Shown here: one piece after another, positions 1-8,453 of the stretch
How the letters are laid out: every line of letters starts with the position of its first letter
How positions within the stretch are numbered: position 1 is the first letter of the stretch
NCBI GenBank assembly: GCA_043802485.1
Contig: JAZDKZ010000003.1
Coordinates: forward strand, 1 to 29,232
Source: Candidatus Aenigmatarchaeota archaeon
Lineage (GTDB): Archaea; Aenigmatarchaeota; Aenigmatarchaeia; Aenigmatarchaeales; Aenigmatarchaeaceae
DNA: 29,232 nucleotides
Direction of reading: 5' to 3'
The notes under the pieces: generated by a model
Databases searched by the model: none
What the model was told of the DNA's origin: nothing
The model's input: the letters and a program-made list of their open reading frames with translations, nothing else
Program-made: the position numbers and the translations under genes

Positions 1-22
1 TATATTAATATATTAATATATT

Positions 23-235
23 ATGACAATTTCCGAAGCGGACAAGCGAATTCTGGACATTCTGAAGAAGGCCAAAAAGCCCTTGTCCACCTATCAGCTT
101 GCCAAGCTTTCTAAGATAACATGGCCCACAGCCAATTCCCACTGCTACAAGCTAAAGTCAATGGGGCTTGTCAAGAGCAGGACTGAAAAGTCCAAGCACG
201 GGCCCAAGGAGAAGGTCGTCTGGTGGTTGATATGA
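23..235 (+). CDS. Small winged helix-turn-helix DNA-binding protein
   Basis: 70 aa, basic, wHTH pattern (ILDILKK..PLSTYQLAKLSKITWPTANSHCYKLKSMGLV) followed by a beta-wing; stop overlaps next ATG (ATGA at 232-235). Confidence 0.8.
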   Translation: MTISEADKRILDILKKAKKPLSTYQLAKLSKITWPTANSHCYKLKSMGLVKSRTEKSKHGPKEKVVWWLI

Positions 236-1206
236 AAAGAATTATAGTATTGCTGATACTGCTATTGTCTCTTAGCGCAGCATTCGCCCAAGCATCAAGC
301 ATCGAGATAAGCGGCTATGATGAAAACGTCCTGATCGAGAAAGGCTGGGTAAGGTACCTGAGCATAGAGGTGTACAACACAGGAAACACTGCTCTCAACA
401 ACGTGGAGCTTCTGGTAGAGGGAGAAAAATCAGGATGGTTCGATGTGCAGGACAATGGAAAGAGCATTTCTCCAGAAGAATCCGCGTCGTTCCTGATCAA
501 GCTTTACGTCCCTGTCGAGGAGGAGAACGGAAAGTATTCGCTCTCGCTCAGCGCCAAGTCAGACGAGGTAAGCACGTGGGAGGACTTTACAGTAGAGATA
601 TTCGCTTCAAGGACAGACTCTCTGCTCTCTGAGATACAGGATTTCAGCGACCAGATAATATCGCTGAAGAGCGAAGCTGACAGAATCGCATCAGACGGAA
701 GCGACGTAAGCTCTGTCAGGGCGCAGCTTGAGCAGGCCTCGACTCTAATGGAAGCAGCAACTGGTGATGTCTACAGCAGGCTGTTCGACCAGGCTGTGGA
801 AAAGATAAGGGAGGTCGAGATATTGGTGACAAAGGCAGAGTACGACCTTTCGATAGCCACAACCAGCCCGGTGACGCAGGCAAGAGGCATGTCTTTGGAA
901 ACAATTTTAATAATAGTTTTATCAATTATAATTATATCGATGTTTCTTTGGTTCTTTGTTTTTAGAGGAAAGCTGAAAACCAAGGGAACGCCGAGAAAGA
1001 TACCTGGCCTGAAATTAAAAAGGCTGATACGGCAGGAGAAGGAAGACAGCAAGGTGGACGACCAGATAAGAAGCCTTGAGGAGGCCAAGAGCCTGCTTGA
1101 GGAGGAATACAGAGAAGGGCTCATATCAAGGCACAGCTACGATGAAATGAGGACAAAATACGAAGAAAAGATACTAAGCCTGAGCACCAAGAACCCGAGG
1201 AAATGA
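232..1206 (+). CDS. Single-pass membrane protein: signal peptide, Ig/CARDB-like extracellular domain, coiled coil, TM helix, SHOCT-like C-terminus
   Basis: MKRIIVLLILLLSLSAAFA signal; V-x-N-T-G-N..L-x-N-V beta-sandwich pattern; hydrophobic ILIIVLSIIIISMFLWFFVF; C-terminal LEEEYREGLIS..SYDEMR; start moved to ATG 232 because of the ATGA overlap. Confidence 0.7.
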   Translation: MKRIIVLLILLLSLSAAFAQASSIEISGYDENVLIEKGWVRYLSIEVYNTGNTALNNVELLVEGEKSGWFDVQDNGKSISPEESASFLIKLYVPVEEENGKYSLSLSAKSDEVSTWEDFTVEIFASRTDSLLSEIQDFSDQIISLKSEADRIASDGSDVSSVRAQLEQASTLMEAATGDVYSRLFDQAVEKIREVEILVTKAEYDLSIATTSPVTQARGMSLETILIIVLSIIIISMFLWFFVFRGKLKTKGTPRKIPGLKLKRLIRQEKEDSKVDDQIRSLEEAKSLLEEEYREGLISRHSYDEMRTKYEEKILSLSTKNPRK

Positions 1207-1210
1207 TACT

Positions 1211-1981
1211 ATGAGGAACAAAAAGAGAAGGATTGGCATAATATCTGGAAAGGGCGGCGTCGGCAAGACGACTGTTGTTGCTAACTTGGGGGCTGTGCTT
1301 GCCAAGAAATACAACAAGGACGTGGCAGTCGTGGACTGCAACCTGACGACATCGCACCTCAGCCTGTCGCTGGGCATGTACTATTGCCCTGTGACTCTGA
1401 ACCATCTCCTCAGGGGTGAGACCAGCCTGAAGGATGCCATATACACGCATCCAAGCGGCATGAAGATAATCCCAGCATCAATAAGGCTGGGCGAGCTGGA
1501 GGGTGTTGACACCAAGAAGCTGAAAGGCGTGATAAAAAGTCTTCACAAAAAGGCTGACATCATCCTTCTGGACTCGTCACCAGGCCTGGGCAACGAGGCC
1601 CTTTCAGCCATAGATGCGAGCGACGAGATAGTTTTTGTAACCAACCCGAACATACCTGCTGTCACAGACGTGATAAAGTGCAAGGAGATTATAAAGGGTC
1701 TGGGCAAGAAGCCCTTAGGAGTTGTCATGAACATGGTCTCCAGAAAGAGCTACGAGCTGTCGAAGAAAGAGGTGGAGATACTCACAGAGCTGCCAGTGAT
1801 AGCAAGCATACCGCACGACAAGAACGTCCATATCAGCCTAGCAAAAAGGACACCCCTTGTGCTGCACAAGCCCAGGTCGCCGGCGAGCAGGGAACTGACA
1901 AGGCTAGCAGGCCATCTTATAGGCGTGAAAGAGGACAACAGCCTTAGAGCGCGCGTTTCAAGATTTTTCGGTTCTGATTAA
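1211..1981 (+). CDS. minD: MinD-family ATPase
   Basis: Deviant Walker A SGKGGVGKTT, VVDCNL, LLDSSPGLG, IPHD; C-terminal amphipathic helix LRARVSRFFG typical of the MinD membrane-targeting sequence. Confidence 0.9.
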   Translation: MRNKKRRIGIISGKGGVGKTTVVANLGAVLAKKYNKDVAVVDCNLTTSHLSLSLGMYYCPVTLNHLLRGETSLKDAIYTHPSGMKIIPASIRLGELEGVDTKKLKGVIKSLHKKADIILLDSSPGLGNEALSAIDASDEIVFVTNPNIPAVTDVIKCKEIIKGLGKKPLGVVMNMVSRKSYELSKKEVEILTELPVIASIPHDKNVHISLAKRTPLVLHKPRSPASRELTRLAGHLIGVKEDNSLRARVSRFFGSD

Positions 1982-2013
1982 CATTTTTTAAAATAACACA
2001 CGTATTATTCTAT

Positions 2014-2316
2014 ATGGTCGTTGAGCTGACAATAGAATCCATCCTGGTCTTCCTAGTCTTCATCGCATTCATATTTGTATCCTACAAGCTGTTCAAGTTT
2101 TTTGTGAGGGCTTCACTGGTATCCATCGCAGGCTTTGTCTTTCCATGGGTGGCCAGCTACATGGGCGTACCCATCGTAGCGAACCTGGAGACTGCTATAA
2201 CATTCTCCTTCATAGGACTTTTCCTGTTCCTCATATACGAGTCGTACCATTTCATAGTGCATTTCTTCAAGATGCTCGCATGGCCTCTGAAAAAAAGGAA
2301 AAAGGTAAAGCGATAG
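2014..2316 (+). CDS. Small integral membrane protein (about 3 TM), unknown function
   Basis: 100 aa, three hydrophobic segments, basic tail; 1 nt gap to the next gene. Confidence 0.75.
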   Translation: MVVELTIESILVFLVFIAFIFVSYKLFKFFVRASLVSIAGFVFPWVASYMGVPIVANLETAITFSFIGLFLFLIYESYHFIVHFFKMLAWPLKKRKKVKR

Positions 2317-2317
2317 T

Positions 2318-2905
2318 ATGGACAGAGAGATAAAAAGGAAGGCGATTCACGCGATGGGCATATCCAGCATCGCGCTGATATACATAATCGGAAAGCTCTA
2401 TGCCGCACTGGCAATGCTTGCCGTTTCTCTGGCTTTCCTGTTTATTGACGAGTACATGAAGAACAAGGACAAGTACAGGCTTGTCCGGAGCAAGAAGATG
2501 GACGAGTTCGAGGAAACTGTAGAGGAAGAGCTCAACAGCTTCAATAGAAGCAAGGAGAAGCCGTTCCACGGCGCGATAACATTCTACATGGGCTGCTTCA
2601 TAGTCACCTTCTTGTTCCAGATAAACATAGCCATAGCATCAATAGCAGTGCTGGCGCTGGCAGACGCCCTGTCCACGCTGATAGGACACTTCTTAGGCAA
2701 GCACAAGCTGCCTGTCAACAAGAAAAAGACGTGGGAAGGCAGCATAACTTTCTTCCTGACAGCTCTGACTGTCCTATACTTTTTCACAAACCCGCTAAAG
2801 GCGATAGTTATAGCCGCTCTGGTCACTGGCGTAGAAATGCTGCCCAAAATCGATGACAACATATCAATCCCTGTGGCAACAGGCATTTTGCTGTTTCTGT
2901 TGTAG
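2318..2905 (+). CDS. SEC59/DGK1/VTE5-family CTP-dependent prenol (dolichol/phytol) kinase
   Basis: RKAIH N-terminal motif, LADALSTLIG, KKTWEGS, DDNISIP; polytopic membrane protein. Confidence 0.85.
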   Translation: MDREIKRKAIHAMGISSIALIYIIGKLYAALAMLAVSLAFLFIDEYMKNKDKYRLVRSKKMDEFEETVEEELNSFNRSKEKPFHGAITFYMGCFIVTFLFQINIAIASIAVLALADALSTLIGHFLGKHKLPVNKKKTWEGSITFFLTALTVLYFFTNPLKAIVIAALVTGVEMLPKIDDNISIPVATGILLFLL

Positions 2906-2909
2906 TTAA

Positions 2910-2918
2910 TTATATAAA
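2910..2918 (+). promoter_or_regulatory. Putative TATA box of DUF1512 gene
   Basis: TTATATAAA about 33 nt upstream of ATG 2951. Confidence 0.5.
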
Positions 2919-2950
2919 TGATGAATTATAACCAATTAAAAAGTGATTAG

Positions 2951-4114
2951 ATGATATCCCAACTTCTAGGTGGAGACTGGGTCTCTACGGTGATATGGTT
3001 CGTGCTTTTCATAATAATGATACTGTTCGGACCAAGGCTCATGACAACCCAAACGATTCTGAAGCTGGAGAAGGAGGCTTCCGATTTGGAGGAGATGGCC
3101 AAAAAGTCCAAGGGCTACATATTCAGGGTATTACCCAAGGGCACAAGCAGGAGCGACAAGGAAAGAGTGAGCAAGTTCATGGACTTCTTTGCAGTGATGC
3201 CGATAGGGACAGACCCTTATGGCATAATGAAGAAGCTGGACCACTTGGTCAAAAATTATGATTACAGGTTCAAGTATTTTGTCAACCAGCTGATGCCGAA
3301 CGCATCAGAGGAGAAGAAGAAGAACGTGAGGGACGCCTTGTCCGGGGCGATAACAACCCACCAGATAGCAAAGATTGTTAGGCACTATGTCGAGTTGATC
3401 AAGAAATATAAAATGTTCCAGATGGCGATGATTATCCAGATGCAGATACCGCTCATAAAAAGTGTGGCAAAGGCTTCAATGAAAGCGACAAAGGCTTTTG
3501 TTGACGGCGTGCCCATCGGGGACGGCATAGGACCTTTGATCGTAGCAAGCATGGTGAAAGGAAAGACAACAACATTCAAGGAAGAGGATTTTGTTGTCGC
3601 CAAGGCCAGCATCGGAGGCAGAGAAATATGGGTCTCAAAGGCAGACGGACCCGGGGCAACCACAGGAAACCCAGGCAAGTTCCTGACAAAATTCACGAAA
3701 AGACAGAGGATAGACAAGATAATAACAGTCGACGCAGGCCTGAAGCTGGAGGGAGAAAAGACAGGCATTATCGCAGAGGGTGTCGGAGTGGCTATGGGCG
3801 GCATAGGTGTAGAGAGGTACGAGATAGAGGTCTTTGCAGTCAAGAAGAAGCTTCCTTTGGACGCAGTTGTTGTCAAAGTTTCAGACGAGGAAGCCCTGAT
3901 GCCGATGGGAAAGGAGATTTATGATTCTGTAAGCTCGGCAATTGAGAGCATCAAAGAGTCGGTGAAAAGGTCCAAGAAGAACGAGAGGATAATGCTCATA
4001 GGCGTGGGCAACACTTGCGGAGTTGGCAACGATTCCAAGACAGTCAAGGACGTGGCAAAGGCAGTGAGGAAGCATTCTCAGAGCAAAAAGAAAAAGAGTT
4101 TTTGGAAGTTTTAG
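2951..4114 (+). CDS. DUF1512-family archaeal membrane-anchored protein
   Basis: N-terminal TM helix; motifs DPYGI, PIGDGIGPL, KADGPG, IITVDAGLKLEGEKTG..AEGVGVAMGG, GVGNT. Confidence 0.8.
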   Translation: MISQLLGGDWVSTVIWFVLFIIMILFGPRLMTTQTILKLEKEASDLEEMAKKSKGYIFRVLPKGTSRSDKERVSKFMDFFAVMPIGTDPYGIMKKLDHLVKNYDYRFKYFVNQLMPNASEEKKKNVRDALSGAITTHQIAKIVRHYVELIKKYKMFQMAMIIQMQIPLIKSVAKASMKATKAFVDGVPIGDGIGPLIVASMVKGKTTTFKEEDFVVAKASIGGREIWVSKADGPGATTGNPGKFLTKFTKRQRIDKIITVDAGLKLEGEKTGIIAEGVGVAMGGIGVERYEIEVFAVKKKLPLDAVVVKVSDEEALMPMGKEIYDSVSSAIESIKESVKRSKKNERIMLIGVGNTCGVGNDSKTVKDVAKAVRKHSQSKKKKSFWKF

Positions 4115-4127
4115 AAAGATTTATAAA
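4114..4127 (+). promoter_or_regulatory. BRE-TATA promoter of uL16
   Basis: GAAAGA-TTTATAAA about 33 nt upstream of ATG 4160. Confidence 0.6.
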
Positions 4128-4159
4128 ATTCTCGTACATAATGTTTCAAGGATGATTTT

Positions 4160-4669
4160 ATGGGTTTAAGACCAGGAAGATCGTACAACAAGATAACAAA
4201 GAAGCCTTTCACAAGGATTTCGATACACAAGCCTAGAAAGAGCTATGTAAAGGGTGTTCCAGAAAAAAAAATACACCAGTTCGAGATGGGAGTAAAGGGC
4301 GAATATGCACAGACATTGGACTTGGTATGCAAGGACGCTGTCCAGATAAGGTCCAACGCGCTTGAATCAGCCAGAATCACGACATTAAAGCACCTTAGCA
4401 AGAAGCTGGGCGAAGGCACCTTCTTCTTCAAAGTGCTGGTTTATCCGCATCATGTTCTCAGAGAAAACTCGATAGCAACAGGGGCTGGAGCCGACAGGTT
4501 CTCGCAGGGAATGAGAAAAAGCTTTGGCAAGCCGATAGGGCAGGCAGCAAGAATAAAGGTCGGGCAGAGCGTGTTCAGAGTTAAATCCAAGGGCAATACG
4601 GAAAAGGAAGTCAGGAACGCGCTGAAGAAGGCTGGTAAAAAACTACCTGGAACCTTTTTGATTAAATAA
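4160..4669 (+). CDS. rpl10e: 50S ribosomal protein uL16 (L10e)
   Basis: MGLRPGRSY, QIRSNALESAR, YPHHVLREN, GAGADRFSQGMRKSFGKPIG. Confidence 0.97.
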   Translation: MGLRPGRSYNKITKKPFTRISIHKPRKSYVKGVPEKKIHQFEMGVKGEYAQTLDLVCKDAVQIRSNALESARITTLKHLSKKLGEGTFFFKVLVYPHHVLRENSIATGAGADRFSQGMRKSFGKPIGQAARIKVGQSVFRVKSKGNTEKEVRNALKKAGKKLPGTFLIK

Positions 4670-4737
4670 TAGAATTTCTCAAGTTTGAAGAATAATTTAT
4701 AGTTGAAAAACAAATTATAAATGATTTGTGGTTTTAG

Positions 4738-5721
4738 ATGTCAAGCATACTTATCACGGGCGCATCAGGCAGGATTGGCAGAAACCTTATTCCAGCATTG
4801 CTGCGAAGCGGCGACCAGGTCAGAGTTCTTGTCAAGGAGAACATGGTTGAGAACGAGAGTGTGGAGATATTCTACGGCGATATTCTAGACAGAGCAACCA
4901 TTGAAAAGGCCGTGAAGAACGTTGATGTTGTCTACCATCTTGCTGCTGTCACGGACAGCCTTGCATCAAAGGATGAGATGCACAAGGTCAATGTACTGGG
5001 CACAAAGAACCTGCTTGAAGCAGGTAAGGGCAAGAAGTTCATCTATCTTAGCACGGCATCTGTGATGGGCAAGAACTTCAAGGAGCTGCCTGTGAACGAG
5101 CAGACCAAATGCAATCCAAGCAACTTTTACGCCAAGACAAAGCTGGAAGCAGAGAAATTGGTATTAGAAAATGGAGGCATAGTGATAAGGTCTCCTGACA
5201 TTTTCAGCTCCGGCTTCCTGAAAGATTATAATTTTGTCTTGTCCGGTCTGGAGAACGGAAAGATGCCTATCATAGGAGACGGCAAGAACTTTATACAATG
5301 GATACATATCAACGACCTGGTGCAGGCTCTTGTGTTGGCAAAGAATCTTGGAAAGCCTGGACAACTATATATTGTAGCTGGCAAGGAGTTCAAGACCCTG
5401 AAGCAGATGTTGAGCATGCTCTGCAGCTATCTGGATGTCGAGCCTCCCCAAAAGCACACATCAGGCCTTTTGGCAAAGGCAAAGGCACACTCTAGCGTAT
5501 TGAAAGGGAAGCTGTCCAAGGAGCGGCCGGAAATGATACCAGACTATATTGACAAGTTCACTTCCAATGTGACATTTGACATCAGCAAGGCAAAGACAGA
5601 ACTGGGCTTTGAGCCCCATGTAAGCTATGAAGATGCTGCAAAGGAAGTAGTGGAAGAGTACATGTCGCTACAAAAAGAAGAGCAAAAAGTCCCCGAGGAA
5701 GTAAGTGAAGAGCAGGCTTAA
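4738..5721 (+). CDS. NAD-dependent epimerase/dehydratase (extended SDR)
   Basis: ILITGASGRIG Rossmann motif, VYHLAA, NVLGTKNLL, catalytic YAKTK (YxxxK). Confidence 0.9.
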   Translation: MSSILITGASGRIGRNLIPALLRSGDQVRVLVKENMVENESVEIFYGDILDRATIEKAVKNVDVVYHLAAVTDSLASKDEMHKVNVLGTKNLLEAGKGKKFIYLSTASVMGKNFKELPVNEQTKCNPSNFYAKTKLEAEKLVLENGGIVIRSPDIFSSGFLKDYNFVLSGLENGKMPIIGDGKNFIQWIHINDLVQALVLAKNLGKPGQLYIVAGKEFKTLKQMLSMLCSYLDVEPPQKHTSGLLAKAKAHSSVLKGKLSKERPEMIPDYIDKFTSNVTFDISKAKTELGFEPHVSYEDAAKEVVEEYMSLQKEEQKVPEEVSEEQA

Positions 5722-6489
5722 CGGGAATACCAGACCGTACCTTATCCCGTCCCTCACCATGACATGTCTCTTGTGTTTCCTTATCTTATCGACCTGCTTC
5801 TCTGTCAGGCCCTTGATATATCTTTTGTAAAGCCTGAGCTTGGGTATGTCCTCTCCAAGCATGTCATCGACCTTTAGGTCCCTTGTTGATATCCTTTTGT
5901 AGAAGCTCTCCTCGATGGTCTTGGAGAACCTCTGGAAAACTATCAGCACAAGGATGAGGATTGTCAAAGCGAAAAACATGGGCTGGGAGAAAAGGAGGAA
6001 AGTTGTCGAGAGCGCGGCGACTACAGCAGAGGCAAGCAACACTTTGCTTGTCTTCATGTTCTGGAAGAACTTGCTGCTTATCTTGGGGTTCTTGTACACA
6101 AGAACAAGGGAATAAGTTATGGAGTAGATGGCTCCTATGAAAAAGCTGTTGACAAAGAAGCTCAACGCAAATGACGGGAAGACTGTATTGGTGATCGGCA
6201 TGACAGGCAATAGCACTCCTGTAGCCACCAAGAGTTCCCCGTCACCGCCACCCCACTGGCCAGTGAAATACATCAGCAATCCGAATCCCAGAAACAAACC
6301 ACCATAAAACAGAGAGTTAAAAAGATTGGTAAAGTCTCCCGTAGAGAAGCCGTACATGGTATAAATAATAAAGCCTGAAGCTATCATGATCAAGCAGACA
6401 GAATCAGGAACATTAGACGTCTTCAGGTCGTAGAGGCCGCAGGCCAGGCTGCCTATGAAGGCGACAACGAAAAGCAAAAGCTCAAACAT
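5668..6489 (-). CDS. Prepilin/prearchaellin peptidase (A24 family)
   Basis: Catalytic Asp motifs YDLK..VPD and WGGGDG; multiple TMs; archaeal C-terminal domain (DLKVDDML..GLTEKQV..VRDGIRY). Confidence 0.88.
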   Translation of the reverse strand: MFELLLFVVAFIGSLACGLYDLKTSNVPDSVCLIMIASGFIIYTMYGFSTGDFTNLFNSLFYGGLFLGFGLLMYFTGQWGGGDGELLVATGVLLPVMPITNTVFPSFALSFFVNSFFIGAIYSITYSLVLVYKNPKISSKFFQNMKTSKVLLASAVVAALSTTFLLFSQPMFFALTILILVLIVFQRFSKTIEESFYKRISTRDLKVDDMLGEDIPKLRLYKRYIKGLTEKQVDKIRKHKRHVMVRDGIRYGLVFPLSLLFTYFLGDFLLFFL

Positions 6490-6534
6490 ACTTTATTATA
6501 TTTTTCAATGTTATTTATAAAGGAGAAGATTTGT

Positions 6535-7113
6535 ATGAAGAGGCTGGAAACCATCAATGATTTTTTGAGAAAGGCCGAGCGAGGGCCTGCAGTCATAAAC
6601 GAGAAGGACATAGGCGACATCATAGCATTTACAGGTTGCACGCACGACTGGAAGGTTGTTGATGCTGGAACAGGCTCCGGGTTTCTGGCTCTTTTCTTAG
6701 CTAACTTGGGGTGCAAGGTCTACACGTATGAGAAGGACATGAGGTTCTATGACATTGCCGAGGCCAACATAAAGAAATCAGGCTTCAAGAACATCAAGAT
6801 AATGAACGCTGACATAACGAAAGGCATAAATGAGAAGAACCTTGACATGATCACATTGGACATGAAAAACCCTGAAAGGGTTGTCAAGCATGCGCACAAT
6901 GCCCTAAAACCAGGTGGTTGGTTGGTTGTCTACTCCATGCACATAGAGCAAATACAGGGCTTGTGGAAAGAGCTGAAAAAGTACGAGTTCAGGAATCCGA
7001 TGATTCTTGAAAAGCTGCAGAGGGAATGGCAGATAGAAGGGGACACGTACACCAGGCCGAAGACCCATATGCTTTCGCACACAGGCTTCTTGACTATAGT
7101 TAGAAAGGTTTAG
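6535..7113 (+). CDS. trmI: tRNA (adenine-57/58-N1) methyltransferase, GCD14/TrmI family, short form
   Basis: RGPAVINEKD, SAM motif VVDAGTGSG, LDMKNP, REWQ, TRP..HTGFL; start 6535 (alternative 6508). Confidence 0.88.
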   Translation: MKRLETINDFLRKAERGPAVINEKDIGDIIAFTGCTHDWKVVDAGTGSGFLALFLANLGCKVYTYEKDMRFYDIAEANIKKSGFKNIKIMNADITKGINEKNLDMITLDMKNPERVVKHAHNALKPGGWLVVYSMHIEQIQGLWKELKKYEFRNPMILEKLQREWQIEGDTYTRPKTHMLSHTGFLTIVRKV

Positions 7114-7188
7114 TGGGCCCGCGGAGATTTGAACTCCGATCTCCAGCTCCCAAAGCTGGAATACTAAACCAAGTTATACTACGGGCCC
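7114..7188 (-). tRNA. tRNA-Pro (TGG), no encoded CCA
   Basis: Minus strand: acceptor GGGCCCG/CGGGCCC-A, anticodon arm CCAGC-TTTGGGA-GCTGG, T arm CGGAG-TTCAAAT-CTCCG. Confidence 0.96.
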
Positions 7189-7227
7189 GTATTGAAAGAT
7201 TATAGGATAAGATTATTTAAATTTGAG

Positions 7228-7313
7228 AGCCTTGGGCGCGAATCGAACGCGCGACCTCTTGCTTTTTGTTTATTATACCAAGCAAGCGCTCTACCAAGCT
7301 GAGCTACCAAGGC
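7228..7313 (-). tRNA. tRNA-Thr (GGT) with 12-nt intron at 37/38 (intron 7264-7275)
   Basis: Minus strand: acceptor GCCTTGG/CCAAGGC-T, D arm GCTC/GAGC, anticodon arm CTTGC-TTGGTA[TAATAAACAAAA]A-GCAAG, T arm GCGCG-TTCGATT-CGCGC. Confidence 0.93.
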
Positions 7314-7364
7314 GTGTTATCTATAGTTATTTAGAAGAAGTATTTATTTATTTGATTATAAAGG

Positions 7365-7652
7365 TCATTTCTTCTTTCCCTTCAGTTTCTCAACCTTGAT
7401 GTTTTTGCCGCACCCAGAACACTCAATCCTAAGCCTTACCTTTGCAGCTTTAGAGACCTTTTTGTACTCCTGCTCAGAATAGGTGTACTTGCCGCAATAA
7501 GGGCATATCAACTCCGCATGAGCCACATCCTCACCCTTGATGACCAATACCCTTAATCTACCGCCGTTCTCCAAAGGCCTAAGGGTGTGATAGGTGCAAT
7601 CAGGAGGCGTCAGCTTCCTTTCCTTTATTATCTTGTCTATCTTGTCAAACAT
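7365..7652 (-). CDS. Small Zn-ribbon protein, unknown function
   Basis: 95 aa, CPYCG..CSGCG pair, basic C-terminus. Confidence 0.75.
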   Translation of the reverse strand: MFDKIDKIIKERKLTPPDCTYHTLRPLENGGRLRVLVIKGEDVAHAELICPYCGKYTYSEQEYKKVSKAAKVRLRIECSGCGKNIKVEKLKGKKK

Positions 7653-7721
7653 ATAATCGCTTATATTACTTTCTTTCGGAAGGTTTAAAAAAATTATCTG
7701 TCTATTTTATTAGGTGTTATA

Positions 7722-8453
7722 ATGGATGTTTTTGAAGGGTTATATTCAAGTAAATGCGCGCTGCAAGATAGTGATGGTTCTCTTAATAAAGGACCCCCTG
7801 GTCTGCATCAGCCAAAGGATTTCAAAGGAGTGTTTAGATATTCCATAGCAGAAAAGCATAGCCTTGAACCTATAAAGGTATATACGTTGTTGTGGGGCAT
7901 GAAAATCATAGGCGACAGAAATGTAAACAATATGACCAAGGGTGTTTTTTCAAGTGTTGCCAAAAACGTCAAAAAAGAAGTAATTGAAGAGATTTCAAAG
8001 GAATATCTCACTAAAAAACTTCTACCAGGATATCTTGATTCTTTAGACGCTGTAAGGAATTACGGCAAACCAAAACAACTTATTATAGCAAGTATGAACC
8101 CTACCGCCATTTATGCGAAAGATGTGATCGACGCAGACGATGTTGTACCAACAAACAGAATAGTCTACAAGAACGGCTACTTCGACCATGTCGATATTAG
8201 TATGAGAAACGGTAAGGACAAGCTAGAAAAGACGGAAGAAAAGCTGGAAGAGTACGGCTTGACAACCGATGATTGTGTTTTTTTCGCAAACGGAACCAAT
8301 GACGAGCCCTTGGCTAGGAAATGTAAGTTGGTTTTGACAAACAGGTGGGCAAGCCCAAAGATAAGAAAGCTGGAAAACGCATACACAATCGGAGATTACA
8401 GTCAGTTTGCTAGAAGACTCCAAAAAGAAATGCCACCAGTGCTACAAGCATAG
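7722..8453 (+). CDS. HAD-superfamily hydrolase-like protein (SerB/phosphoserine phosphatase-like), divergent
   Basis: Motif I DSDGSL, motif II IIAS, motif III Lys (KDK), motif IV variant FANGTND. Confidence 0.65.
   Translation: MDVFEGLYSSKCALQDSDGSLNKGPPGLHQPKDFKGVFRYSIAEKHSLEPIKVYTLLWGMKIIGDRNVNNMTKGVFSSVAKNVKKEVIEEISKEYLTKKLLPGYLDSLDAVRNYGKPKQLIIASMNPTAIYAKDVIDADDVVPTNRIVYKNGYFDHVDISMRNGKDKLEKTEEKLEEYGLTTDDCVFFANGTNDEPLARKCKLVLTNRWASPKIRKLENAYTIGDYSQFARRLQKEMPPVLQA

Noticed and set aside
7114..8453. Integrated element at the tRNA genes
   Set aside because: No integrase and no duplicated tRNA 3' end (att site) noticed
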